Source: Sedimentisphaerales bacterium (GTDB taxonomy: Bacteria > Planctomycetota > Phycisphaerae > Sedimentisphaerales > SM23-30). Taken from it: a stretch of DNA of 64,000 nt. The notes beneath the pieces are model-generated. The model was given only the letters and a program-made list of their open reading frames with translations, had not been told where the DNA came from and searched no databases. Where the stretch lies: the NCBI GenBank assembly GCA_963663965.2, contig CAXXFK010000024.1, positions 64,001 through 128,000 on the forward strand, in the 5' to 3' direction. A program made the position numbers and the translations under genes. Of the stretch, positions 10,173 to 20,113 are shown piece after piece. Each line of letters starts with the position of its first letter. Within the stretch, counting starts at the first letter, position 1.

Positions 10173-13100
10173 TTACCACCAAGTAGATTCCATCCAGTCT
10201 GACGCCAGGTATTTCCAATCGCCCAAATCAACATGGCCATCCAGTGTCAAGTCCATTTTAGAGATCATCGGGAATAGGGGCTGTAAAAACTGTGATTCCG
10301 GTCCCAGAGCCAGATAGACAACTTCATTTTGAGAAAGCGCGTAATCATATATCCTCAGATCATCTACTCGTAAAGTACCCGTTTCACTGCCCGGAATTTT
10401 TGAGATATAGGTTATTCCCGCCAATTCACCCGACAACCCTCCTGTCGCATTCAGGTTAGATGCAATCAGTTCGCCATTACGATAAATTTTCATGGTATTC
10501 AACATTGTATCTTTAATAAACGCGTAATGATTCCAGCTATTGCCATAAGAAGCACTGGAATCAATCGTCCAAACCAGAGAATCCCAGAGAGATATTTCCG
10601 GTGGACTTTGGCCGGAACTAAAATCAATGCCATTAACCTTTTGGGGATAATCTGAAGCATCGCCATAGATCCAGAAGCATAAAGTCACTTGTTCCTGGAT
10701 CGATGAAAAGGCACCTGATGGAATCATAATTCGCGTTGAATCATCTGACAGGTCAATACAACCCAGGCTATACCCCTGCGCATTCCAGACTGACGGGCAA
10801 TTCGTGTCAATAATAGCAATAAGACCATTATTACTTAGATCATTAGCAGTTAATCCACTTGATTCATCAAATGGATACCAAACCTGCAATCCAAGTTCAT
10901 TAGGTTCTTCTGCGGTAATCAGCATACTACTGCCAAGCCATGAATTAATCATTAATATCAGATCAGCATAATCGACTAAACAGTCCCGATTGATATCGCC
11001 GGTTTTGGTACGTTTTTGTTGACAACGCGGTGGATACAGCAAAATGTCATTTAGAACAAATTGACCTGAATTCCCTGAGAATTCGCCATTTCCAGTTCCG
11101 ATAATCATACTCACGATGTGAGAAAGATCCACTCCTGATCGGGAAAATTCCGATAAGGAAACCGACCAGGTTTGCCAATCATCACCCATCAGGAAATCGA
11201 TGTCGGGATTCATAACTTGACATTGGTTGACGCCATCATCCAGTTTCAAGTATAACTGTTCTCCAGGATTATCAGAAGATCCCCGAATGTAAATATCCAG
11301 ACTTGAAAAGCCAAACTGAGTCCAGTCCTGCCCTGAATCAAATATAAGTCTTGCTTCAGATCGATAGGGTTCTCTCCGGTTATCAAAATCAAAATACATC
11401 ACATTGGTAAGCGGATCATTTACAATTGCGGCCCCCGTGCCATTGGCAGAACCATCCTGCCAAAACGCATGCAACGCATCCTGATCGGGGTAATTATCAA
11501 AATTTTCAACAATGAATTTAAAACTGCCATAATAAGGTTTAACCCGGAAACTCCAGACTGGTCCCTGCGATAATACCGTTCCGGTTGAATCGCGGGATAT
11601 AATCTGCCAATAATAATCCGTATCACCTGCAAGAACATCGATACCCAGAGTCTGAGCAAGAACTGACATTGACATGGCCGCTTTGGAGGTATTGCCAGCC
11701 AAAATCATTTCGTCACCCATCCCAAACCAGACATCGTAGGAATCAATCCAGCTATCCCCATGCCAGCGGATTGTACCTGATGGATCAATCCAGTTCTGAC
11801 CATCATCAGGTACTGGATTCGATACCATACCGCCCGTTGTAAAATTCCAAACGCTTCCGGGATACGTCACTGAATTTTCAACCACATCAACGCGCCAATA
11901 ATATTGCGTTGCATATTCTAACGAGAGACCGCCCAGATCGTAGAAACGGTCAACGCCAAGATCCTGGCCGGAAATGATATCGTTACAATTACTGTCCGTA
12001 CCCAGATAAAATAAAAATATCGGACTGGCGGTATTCATGGCATTCCAGTTCAGGATAATGGCAGGTGAAACATGCTGAGTACCAGATTCTGGATCGGGTT
12101 CCACCGCCCGAGGGATAGTCCCCAGATAGAGATCCTCGATTTCCGCTTCGGATAATGGATAATCATAAATACGGATATCATCCAGTGCACCATCGAAACC
12201 GTATCCTCCTACACTATGAAAACTGTTACCCAACATAACGGGATTATCCGCACCGGTATTAATAATCAAATTACTGCCGCCCTGCCCAGAAAGAGATAGT
12301 TCCAGTTCGCCATCCACGTAAAATAGAACCTCATAGATCCCCGCGGCAGCAGGATGGGTCACCGCCACATGATGCCACTGTTCATCACGTAAATCCGTTT
12401 GGCCAATCGCATAGGTGCCGGCTATTTCCAGACGTAAAGCGCCCAATACGCCATCAGTCTCTGATGTGTTGATCCGAAAGCTATAACGTGTACCATTGGC
12501 AGTTCCACCCCAACTGACTAATGTGGTATTATTATTCTGAATGGAATCGGCTTTGATCCAGGCAGCAACCGTACGTCCCTGTTTTCCAGATACACCAGTA
12601 AAGCCAGTCGAGATTCTATCATTATTATTACTATTAAAGTCAACGGCAGAATTTGTACCTGATGGTACTGGAGCCAGATCCGCGGAAATCCAACTACACC
12701 CAACCAGAGTTCCACTCGCTGATGCCCCCCCCACCTGAGCAGTTGTCCCTGCCCCCTCACCTTCATCCAGTTTCCAATGGGCTACTAAGCCTGGCACACT
12801 TTGTGTCGTAAATTCCCAGACTTGACCAACATTAGGTGTGGAACTGCCCATTTCATAGGTATCTACACGCCAATAATAAGTCGTGTCATAAGATAATACT
12901 CCCGGTGGATCGTAAGTTTGATCCGTTTTATTGTCGATGACCTTGGAATTATTGCTTACATCAGGATTTGTACCAAAATATAAATCACACCCGCTGATTG
13001 AATCAGGTAAGACCCAGCTAAGTTGTTCGGTAACTGCCACACCAGTTGCCAAATTGGCCGGATCGGGATTAACAGCCGTTTTGATCACTTGATATTTTAA

Positions 13101-13742
13101 TTCAAGTGTGGTTCCGGTTATCTCGAAAAATTTGTCATTGACAATCTGATTCACTGTCGATAAAACAATGCCGTCGATTCGTAAGATTCCAGTTATCACT
13201 TTACTTTCAAGAAATGCCTGGTCTTTTGCCGGCGCCGTAAGCTTACCTGTGGTTCCAATAAAATCAATATACCCCCCGTTGCCACGATTGGGCAAGGGTT
13301 CACTTCCACCCCGGACATTCAGCCAACCGTTTTTTACAATTCCAATCGATCCGGGATATACGCTGAACCACTGGGCATCGACCTGGCCGCCATCAAGCTT
13401 GAAACTGCTGCCAACGGTATTTTTTCCAATATCGAAACCCGCCGTATAGAGATATCCTCCAGTTGCGGAGAGCGTACTGGGACCTTCCAATTCAATCTTC
13501 GATTTTATTACCCCACCACCTGGGATCGTCACCTGATCAATACCACCGATATCCGGTGGAACAGGATTGTTCCAGTGTGAGCTATCCGAATTGATACCGT
13601 TACCATCACTCGCATCAGTATCATCCCACCATGCCGGATCATCGGAAGTACCGGCGCCTCCCCAGGTATAATCGGCAGCGGCTATGAACTCCGCGACAAA
13701 CAGTAACAGTATAACAACCAATAATAGAATAGATGTCCTCAA
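10173..13742 (-). CDS. Large secreted multidomain protein: Gly/Asp-rich N-domain, YYWRVD Ig-like repeats, two LamG-like domains, CBM-like domain, dockerin-like motifs
   Basis: TTG start with AGGAG RBS; signal peptide; LamG signatures WHHVAVT, DDIRIYDYPLS and DDLRIYDYALS; GDINRDCLVD and DLTLDGHVD EF-hand-like motifs. Confidence 0.82.
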   Translation of the reverse strand: MRTSILLLVVILLLFVAEFIAAADYTWGGAGTSDDPAWWDDTDASDGNGINSDSSHWNNPVPPDIGGIDQVTIPGGGVIKSKIELEGPSTLSATGGYLYTAGFDIGKNTVGSSFKLDGGQVDAQWFSVYPGSIGIVKNGWLNVRGGSEPLPNRGNGGYIDFIGTTGKLTAPAKDQAFLESKVITGILRIDGIVLSTVNQIVNDKFFEITGTTLELKYQVIKTAVNPDPANLATGVAVTEQLSWVLPDSISGCDLYFGTNPDVSNNSKVIDNKTDQTYDPPGVLSYDTTYYWRVDTYEMGSSTPNVGQVWEFTTQSVPGLVAHWKLDEGEGAGTTAQVGGASASGTLVGCSWISADLAPVPSGTNSAVDFNSNNNDRISTGFTGVSGKQGRTVAAWIKADSIQNNNTTLVSWGGTANGTRYSFRINTSETDGVLGALRLEIAGTYAIGQTDLRDEQWHHVAVTHPAAAGIYEVLFYVDGELELSLSGQGGSNLIINTGADNPVMLGNSFHSVGGYGFDGALDDIRIYDYPLSEAEIEDLYLGTIPRAVEPDPESGTQHVSPAIILNWNAMNTASPIFLFYLGTDSNCNDIISGQDLGVDRFYDLGGLSLEYATQYYWRVDVVENSVTYPGSVWNFTTGGMVSNPVPDDGQNWIDPSGTIRWHGDSWIDSYDVWFGMGDEMILAGNTSKAAMSMSVLAQTLGIDVLAGDTDYYWQIISRDSTGTVLSQGPVWSFRVKPYYGSFKFIVENFDNYPDQDALHAFWQDGSANGTGAAIVNDPLTNVMYFDFDNRREPYRSEARLIFDSGQDWTQFGFSSLDIYIRGSSDNPGEQLYLKLDDGVNQCQVMNPDIDFLMGDDWQTWSVSLSEFSRSGVDLSHIVSMIIGTGNGEFSGNSGQFVLNDILLYPPRCQQKRTKTGDINRDCLVDYADLILMINSWLGSSMLITAEEPNELGLQVWYPFDESSGLTANDLSNNGLIAIIDTNCPSVWNAQGYSLGCIDLSDDSTRIMIPSGAFSSIQEQVTLCFWIYGDASDYPQKVNGIDFSSGQSPPEISLWDSLVWTIDSSASYGNSWNHYAFIKDTMLNTMKIYRNGELIASNLNATGGLSGELAGITYISKIPGSETGTLRVDDLRIYDYALSQNEVVYLALGPESQFLQPLFPMISKMDLTLDGHVDLGDWKYLASDWMESTWW

Positions 13743-13778
13743 CGATCTTCTCCTGGTTACTAAGAGTTACTAAGAAAA

Positions 13779-13813
13779 CAAACAGCGAACGCAATAAAAG
13801 CGCCCGCTGTTTG
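13779..13813 (-). terminator. Terminator-like hairpin between the LamG genes
   Basis: CAAACAGCG...CGCTGTTTG stem followed by TTTTCTT on the minus strand. Confidence 0.6.
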
Positions 13814-13840
13814 GTACTATGGGGGTATCATGACAGTCTT

Positions 13841-15961
13841 TTAATTAAAACAGGCACTTTGAGGCGCCAGATTGCAATTCAGCCAGACAGCCGTTAATTC
13901 AGCAAAGTCTTCCAGATTAACCACGCAGTCATTATTAAAATCGTTTTCAGGCAATTCGACACAAACCGATTTGCCGGTAATTTCATAATAATAATTAGCG
14001 ACGGTCAACGCATCGAGGCTGTAATTCCATATCTGAATATCATCCAGCAAACCGACATAATATTCACCCGTATCGGCACTTTCACGGCCAAATACCAATG
14101 GTTGATCGTTTGTATCGACTAAATTGAACTGATCCAAAATTTCCAGGGATAAAACGCCATCCACATAGATACGCCCGCCACCTGTTTGATGATCATAAGT
14201 GCCAACCATTAGATGCCATTGATTATCAGCTATATAGGCCGGGGAAGTAACCAATGGTTGAGTAGTATGTTGCCTGATATTAAAGATTGGGTTTCCGTTA
14301 TTCTTATTCAACAGAAAACCCGCCCAGGGGGTTACAGAACGGAGCTGTTTACCAACCAAGGCACCCCATCCGCTCTGAACGGTTTTACACCAGGCGCCAA
14401 CGGTTAGACCTCTGGGATAGAAATTATACTGATTGATACTGTCGGCAATTTGAACAATATGGCCATTGCCGGTTAATTCCAGCGCCTGACCGTCGATGCC
14501 TTCCATATAATTGGGATCAATCGCCAACGGCAGAGTATCCAGTGCCAGGAAGCCATCGCCACCGCCGACAATTTCATTATTGAGGTTATCCTCGAATTTC
14601 CAGTGCCCGATCTGACGCTTGATTGTCAAATAGGCCGCATTGGAATCAACCGAACCGGCAGTATTCGTCAGGCGACACCAATAGTATCCTTCTTTATCGA
14701 GAGAATCGACTGTTATTTCCAAAGTGTCGGCGTTCTCTCCAACCGGATTGGTCGTCTCGCCCGATAAACCAAAATACCATTGGTATTCAGTCGTAAGTGG
14801 ACTTTCTTTTGTGGCCAAGCTAAATGCAACGGATTCATTCATAAAACTTGCCACATCAACAGGCTGGGTAATGATATCCGGCTTGTATTTAATCGTATCG
14901 AACGAACTCACCAAACCAGTAATGACTGTTCCATTATTCAATCGTTCATCAATACGCAAATAGTAGGTGCGGTCGGACAATAATTCTAAACCGCCATCCT
15001 GGCCGGGATCATAATTTTCGTCACCCACAGATTGCATACCCCGATAAATGCCACTGGTATCGGCAGGTGTTGCCAAACGAACAGCGGCTTCATCTTCACC
15101 CAGATAGATATCATGACCATTGATTGCATTATATACCTGTCCGCTATTGGGATCCAATCCGACACTCCAGCTTAATATATAATCCAGGGCAATATCCTGC
15201 TGGCAGTTGGAGGGATTTACATTATGGGCATTACGCCCTTTGCAAAGTGTTTTGATTTCATTTTGACTTAATACATAATCGAAAATCATCACTTCATCGA
15301 TTACGCCATCGAAATTATAACTGGCACCATGCAAAGAACCTCCGATGGATACCGGATAAGTCGTGCCTGTATTAATAATCCGTGAGCCGGAACCTGCAAC
15401 CGGATCCAATTCGCCATCCAGATAAAAGAGCGATTGATTCACATCCGCATTTTCACCCAAGGTGACAGCGACATGATGCCACATTCCATCATTTACCAGT
15501 GAGGTGGCAATGGCATAACCACCCTGAACTTCCAAACGCAAAACGCCGGTTCCATTCAAACGGAAGCTGAAACGTTCTCCATTTGCGTTTGTTCCATAAC
15601 TTAAAATCACCGCACTTTCATTTTGAGTCACGTCCGCTTTGATCCAGGCTGAAACGGTACGGGCTGCAGCGCCTGAAATACCCGGAAATTGTGTTTCAAC
15701 AATCCCGGTAAAATCACCCGCTACACCATTCGCTTCAAAATCCAGAGCCGCAGAAGTACCTCCCGGTACCGGCGCCAGGTTGCTGGTAATCCAGAGAACA
15801 TTATCGCTCAAAGTACCATTTGCCTCTACTGGGGAACAACTGCCGGCTGTAGTCATCAAACCCGTTCCTTCTTCCATTGGCCAGTATGCCACCAGACCGG
15901 CCTGTACAGATGACAGCATAACGGTTAGTGCCAATAACGTCCATATCATTCGAATATTCAT
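13841..15961 (-). CDS. Secreted LamG-Ig-LamG protein with C-terminal dockerin-like motif
   Basis: Signal peptide MNIRMIW...VQA (GGAGG RBS; alternative start 16006); GLVAYWPM...DEVMIFDYVLS; EGYYWC Ig motif; DDIQIWNYSL; DFNNDCVVNLEDF. Confidence 0.82.
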   Translation of the reverse strand: MNIRMIWTLLALTVMLSSVQAGLVAYWPMEEGTGLMTTAGSCSPVEANGTLSDNVLWITSNLAPVPGGTSAALDFEANGVAGDFTGIVETQFPGISGAAARTVSAWIKADVTQNESAVILSYGTNANGERFSFRLNGTGVLRLEVQGGYAIATSLVNDGMWHHVAVTLGENADVNQSLFYLDGELDPVAGSGSRIINTGTTYPVSIGGSLHGASYNFDGVIDEVMIFDYVLSQNEIKTLCKGRNAHNVNPSNCQQDIALDYILSWSVGLDPNSGQVYNAINGHDIYLGEDEAAVRLATPADTSGIYRGMQSVGDENYDPGQDGGLELLSDRTYYLRIDERLNNGTVITGLVSSFDTIKYKPDIITQPVDVASFMNESVAFSLATKESPLTTEYQWYFGLSGETTNPVGENADTLEITVDSLDKEGYYWCRLTNTAGSVDSNAAYLTIKRQIGHWKFEDNLNNEIVGGGDGFLALDTLPLAIDPNYMEGIDGQALELTGNGHIVQIADSINQYNFYPRGLTVGAWCKTVQSGWGALVGKQLRSVTPWAGFLLNKNNGNPIFNIRQHTTQPLVTSPAYIADNQWHLMVGTYDHQTGGGRIYVDGVLSLEILDQFNLVDTNDQPLVFGRESADTGEYYVGLLDDIQIWNYSLDALTVANYYYEITGKSVCVELPENDFNNDCVVNLEDFAELTAVWLNCNLAPQSACFN

Positions 15962-16028
15962 GTCATCAGTCCTCCGCATTTGAGGGTTATTGATATCAGT
16001 TTTCATTTTAGACCACCTTTCCTGTCTG

Positions 16029-18071
16029 CTACTCGATACAATCCGGGACTATATTGCAATCCATCCAATTAACCAAAAAGCGGATCAAATCTTCCAGATC
16101 CACTTGACAGTCCCGGTTCAAATCCTGTTGGATATATCCAGCGCAGGCCGGTTGTCCGGTTGTGTTGGCATACATTTCAGCGATAGCAAACGGATCCAGG
16201 GGGTAATTGTATATCTGCAGATCATCCAGTTTGCCGATAAAATACCGAGTATTGTCATCGGCAGGATGCGTCTTGCGACCACCCACGAAAATCGCCGTAT
16301 CTAGACCAGTGTAGCCAGTTTGTGTGGTTTCATCCTGTACTTCACCATCCACATACCATCTGGCAGTATCTGTCACACCATCATAAGTGACTGTATGCAA
16401 ATGCCAGGCACCACGATCATAGGGGCCAAAAGCGTCGAAACTGCCGTTAGCAAACCCTCCAACAAAATTATTCAGGGTATTTTGCCAGCGACGAATAAAG
16501 AATGACTCAAATCCTTCGGGATCACCACTGGCTAAAATATAACCGTTATGATCTGCTTCTGCAGTTTCCCAGGTCCAAATGGAGATGGTCCAGTTGGGCG
16601 ACAGTATCCTATCAGCAGGAACCGACAGACCGTCCGGTTCGCCAGCCATTTCCAATGAACCACTGCCAATTAAACCGGTACTATAAATCGGATTTCCGGC
16701 AATGACACCTTTACCTGATCCAACAATATCATTCGGATCCTCATCCAGTGGATAATGGGCGATCTGGCGCTTGATAATTAACCAGGCAAGATCACTATCG
16801 GTCGTTTTGCCATTGCTATCTATCTTAACCTGGCAATAATACTGACCTTCATTAGCAATAGTTGCACCTGGAATAGATAATTGAGGAGAATTGGTACCCA
16901 CTTCGATGTCGTTATCACCGGCCAGATACCATTGATAACTTAATCCTGTCGTATCGCCTAACAGTGGATTGGAGGCACTAAGACTTATTTCAGCAGTCAT
17001 ATCTTCATCAACCAAGGTTAAAGCGGGTTGTTCATCGATGACCGGCACCGATAAAACCGTATCAAAAGACCAAACCGGACCAGATAGATTATTGGGGTCG
17101 CCTGGAGAATACACGCCTCCCTGACCATCCGGCAGTGCATCCTGAATTTGCCATAAATAGGTTTTATCACGCATGAGACCCGTCGGCGTATAAGTTAAAA
17201 TTTCGGCAGGTGGCGATTGTGCATCAATCGTGTGTACCAGATATAAATTGGGATCGTCCAGGCTGCCATCTGACATCAAAACGTAATGTTTTTGAATTGC
17301 AGGATTAGTCTTTGAGATATCCCCAGGATCCTTGCCGGTATACCAACTTAAAGTTTGATCGAGCGGTACATCTATAGCACCATCTGACGGGGCAGGATCA
17401 TGCGGTATTTGTCGGCTAACCAGGGTAAGGTTGGCACCATCCATAACAAACGATTTACCGTTAACTTCTTCGCTGACACCGTTGGTAATCGTAGTTATAA
17501 TCTGACCATCGATCCGGACGATACCGGCCAGAATTTTTCCTTCCAGCCAGGCTTGAGTTTTTGCAGTAGTCAAGCGACCGTTATTTCCACTAAAATTCAA
17601 AAATCCACCGACCCCACCGGAAGGCAAAGGATCCCCCGTACCCCGGAGATTGACCCGCCCGGAGATAATATCCAGGGTCGATCCGCCATAACATCTCAGG
17701 TACTGAGCATTATGGAAAGCACCATTTAGAACGTAAACCGCCCCAGTACTATTTTTCCCAACATCAGAATTGGTTGAATAAAAATATGCATCACCCAGAA
17801 GAAACAGCTTACTAGGACCATCCAGCGTGAGCGCAGATTTTTGCACCCCCCCACTTGCGATTGTTATATTATCCACCCCGTTCTCAATCGGTGCGATCGG
17901 ATTGCTCCAGTGCGACAGGTCACTATTGGTGCCATCGCCATCTGTCGCATCAGTATCATTCCACCACACCAAACTCTCCGCAGAACCCGCCCCACCCCAA
18001 TAATAATCCGCTGCTAGCGTTAATCCCGGAATCAGTCCTGATAACATTAAAACCAACAATCTAAGCTTCAT
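16029..18071 (-). CDS. Secreted N-domain/Ig/LamG protein with C-terminal dockerin-like motif
   Basis: GGAGG RBS; signal peptide ending TLA; EGQYYC Ig motif; DDLQIYNYPL LamG motif; DLNRDCQVDLEDL. Confidence 0.82.
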   Translation of the reverse strand: MKLRLLVLMLSGLIPGLTLAADYYWGGAGSAESLVWWNDTDATDGDGTNSDLSHWSNPIAPIENGVDNITIASGGVQKSALTLDGPSKLFLLGDAYFYSTNSDVGKNSTGAVYVLNGAFHNAQYLRCYGGSTLDIISGRVNLRGTGDPLPSGGVGGFLNFSGNNGRLTTAKTQAWLEGKILAGIVRIDGQIITTITNGVSEEVNGKSFVMDGANLTLVSRQIPHDPAPSDGAIDVPLDQTLSWYTGKDPGDISKTNPAIQKHYVLMSDGSLDDPNLYLVHTIDAQSPPAEILTYTPTGLMRDKTYLWQIQDALPDGQGGVYSPGDPNNLSGPVWSFDTVLSVPVIDEQPALTLVDEDMTAEISLSASNPLLGDTTGLSYQWYLAGDNDIEVGTNSPQLSIPGATIANEGQYYCQVKIDSNGKTTDSDLAWLIIKRQIAHYPLDEDPNDIVGSGKGVIAGNPIYSTGLIGSGSLEMAGEPDGLSVPADRILSPNWTISIWTWETAEADHNGYILASGDPEGFESFFIRRWQNTLNNFVGGFANGSFDAFGPYDRGAWHLHTVTYDGVTDTARWYVDGEVQDETTQTGYTGLDTAIFVGGRKTHPADDNTRYFIGKLDDLQIYNYPLDPFAIAEMYANTTGQPACAGYIQQDLNRDCQVDLEDLIRFLVNWMDCNIVPDCIE

Positions 18072-18584
18072 GCCAGTAACCTCCCCATAAATATAAAGTT
18101 AGGTCAAGGTTACGTCCGTAACGTCTGGACGTATTTTTATTATCTATAACTAAAAAACTCTAAATTTTTAAAATAATCAACCTTTACAATTCCTTCATTA
18201 CTGCATTTATCCATAACATGGCTTATCGAAAATTTTAAATAAATTTTTTCAACATTTGACCGTGTTTTATGATAAAGTGAACAAGCTAATGACAACTTAA
18301 TTATAACACCAAAACTGGTTATGATATCGTTTCACCGGCAATCTCTTGTATATTGGCTATTTAATTTTCAGGATTGCTTGCATGACCTTTTTAAAGTGCC
18401 AAAAGTCTCAATAAGCACTAGCACACATAACTCTAATGAATAAAGATAGTTACAAACTTCATTTCAGGCAAAGCCCGCTATCCCGATAAAACCATATGAT
18501 TTTCCTTTCTGATCGCCTTACTTATTCAATTATTGAAAACTTTCTACAGATCAATATGACTTTTTTCTATAGGGTATATATCCC

Positions 18585-19778
18585 ATGAGATCAATTCAGG
18601 AACTTTTTCTTACCGGTTTTGGACCATCCAGCAGTCATACAATGGCGCCCGCCCGGGCTGCACATCAATTCGGTGTCAATTTCCCGGAATCGGTAAGATT
18701 CAGAATCACGCTGTTTGGCAGCCTGGCGGCAACTGGTAAAGGTCATCAGACCGATACTGCCATCACGCGAGTGTTGGCGCCTAAACCAGTTGAAATCATC
18801 TGGCAGGCCGGGATCATCCTGCCTCAACATCCCAATGGTATGTTATTAGAAGCATTTAATACATCCAATCAACTTATCGGCAGTACTGAGGAGTTCAGTA
18901 TCGGTGGCGGATCGTTACTGAGTGACCCGGATTCCAATCATATTTACCCGATTTCAACATTGACAGAAATTCTTGAATCTTGTGAAAAAGCCGGAAATCA
19001 TTTATGGGAACATGTTGAAGAAATTGAAGGGTCACAGATATGGCCATTTCTTGACCATGTTTGGCAGATGATGCAATCCTGTATTCGGACCGGACTGCAA
19101 AACAAAGGAAAATTGCCTGGCAATCTGGGATTGACACGCAAGGCAGATTCCTTTTACCAGAGAAGCCGTAACCTAAAATCTGAATTCCGCCGGGAAGCCC
19201 TGCTGGCAGCTTATGCCTACGCGGTTTCAGAAGAAAATGCCAGCGCCCATCAGGTTGTTACTGCTCCGACCTGCGGGTCCTGCGGGGTCTTACCGGCCGT
19301 ACTCTATCTTTTTCAAAAAGAAAATCGTCTCGATACCAGGGATATTCTGCGAGCATTAGCAACTGCCGGACTCATTGGCAACATAGCCAAGACCAATGGC
19401 TCGGTATCCGGAGCCATGGTCGGATGCCAGGGCGAAGTCGGTGTCGCATGCGCCATGGCCGCCGGCGCTGTGGCCCAACTCTATGGCGGTTCCCCCCGCC
19501 AGATCGAATATGCCGCGGAAATGGGTCTTGAACATCACCTCGGACTGACTTGTGATCCGGTCAACGGCCTGGTTCAAATTCCCTGTATAGAACGAAACGC
19601 TCATGCCGCCTGTCGAGCATTGAGTTGCGCCCGTTTTGCCCTGCTTTCCGATGGCCTTCATCGCATTTCATTTGACGATGTTATCGCAGTTATGATGGAA
19701 ACTGGATGCAGCCTGTCCCACCAGTACAAAGAAACCTCTCTGGGTGGGCTGGCCAAACGTTATTTAAAGAATCTATGA
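18585..19778 (+). CDS. sdaA: L-serine dehydratase, Fe-S dependent, single chain
   Basis: GPSSSHT, GSLAATGKGH, VVTAPTCG, GCQGEVG, EHHLGLTCDPVNGLVQIPCIERN, YKETSLGGLA. Confidence 0.95.
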   Translation: MRSIQELFLTGFGPSSSHTMAPARAAHQFGVNFPESVRFRITLFGSLAATGKGHQTDTAITRVLAPKPVEIIWQAGIILPQHPNGMLLEAFNTSNQLIGSTEEFSIGGGSLLSDPDSNHIYPISTLTEILESCEKAGNHLWEHVEEIEGSQIWPFLDHVWQMMQSCIRTGLQNKGKLPGNLGLTRKADSFYQRSRNLKSEFRREALLAAYAYAVSEENASAHQVVTAPTCGSCGVLPAVLYLFQKENRLDTRDILRALATAGLIGNIAKTNGSVSGAMVGCQGEVGVACAMAAGAVAQLYGGSPRQIEYAAEMGLEHHLGLTCDPVNGLVQIPCIERNAHAACRALSCARFALLSDGLHRISFDDVIAVMMETGCSLSHQYKETSLGGLAKRYLKNL

Positions 19779-19941
19779 ATATACTGATCCGGCAGTGCCG
19801 GAACCAAACAGGATCACAGCGCCATTCACCAACCTGAAAAGATTTCTTTCCAATTTGCGTTCGATACCATTGGTAAGAGACTTACAATAGTCAAATGATT
19901 TTGGTTATTAAAGTGCCTAACAAAATGTTTATCATGGAGAT

Positions 19942-20078
19942 ACCGAGCGAAAAAGAGGTCAGCATGGTTGAAAACCCGCCTCAGGAGGGCAGCAGGGATC
20001 AAACACCCGCAGGCAACTCCTCTATAGTTGTCGATGATTGGGGTCCCGAGAACACAGCGGACACCTTTTGCGGCCGGT
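19942..20078 (-). ncRNA. Candidate 6S-like RNA (long irregular rod with asymmetric central bubble)
   Basis: Minus-strand pairing ACCG/CGGT, AAAAG/CTTTT, GTC/GAC, GGGACCC/GGGTTTT (G-U pairs favour this strand), an unpaired CAATCATCGACAACTATAG bubble, then AGGAG/CTCCT and GGG/CCC apical stem; intergenic. Confidence 0.5.
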
Positions 20079-20113
20079 CGTAGTAGAAAACTCATTTGTT
20101 AAGGGCTCTAAGA

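Noticed and set aside
19981..19997. TCAGG...AGCAG resembling the SRP RNA core
   Set aside because: The GNRA-capped hairpin required between these segments is absent.
19964..20083. 39-aa ORF MVENPPQ...FCGRS with an RBS-like AGAGG, as a possible RiPP precursor
   Set aside because: No modification enzymes nearby (the adjacent radical SAM gene is plain RlmN); the region is better explained by the opposite-strand RNA structure.
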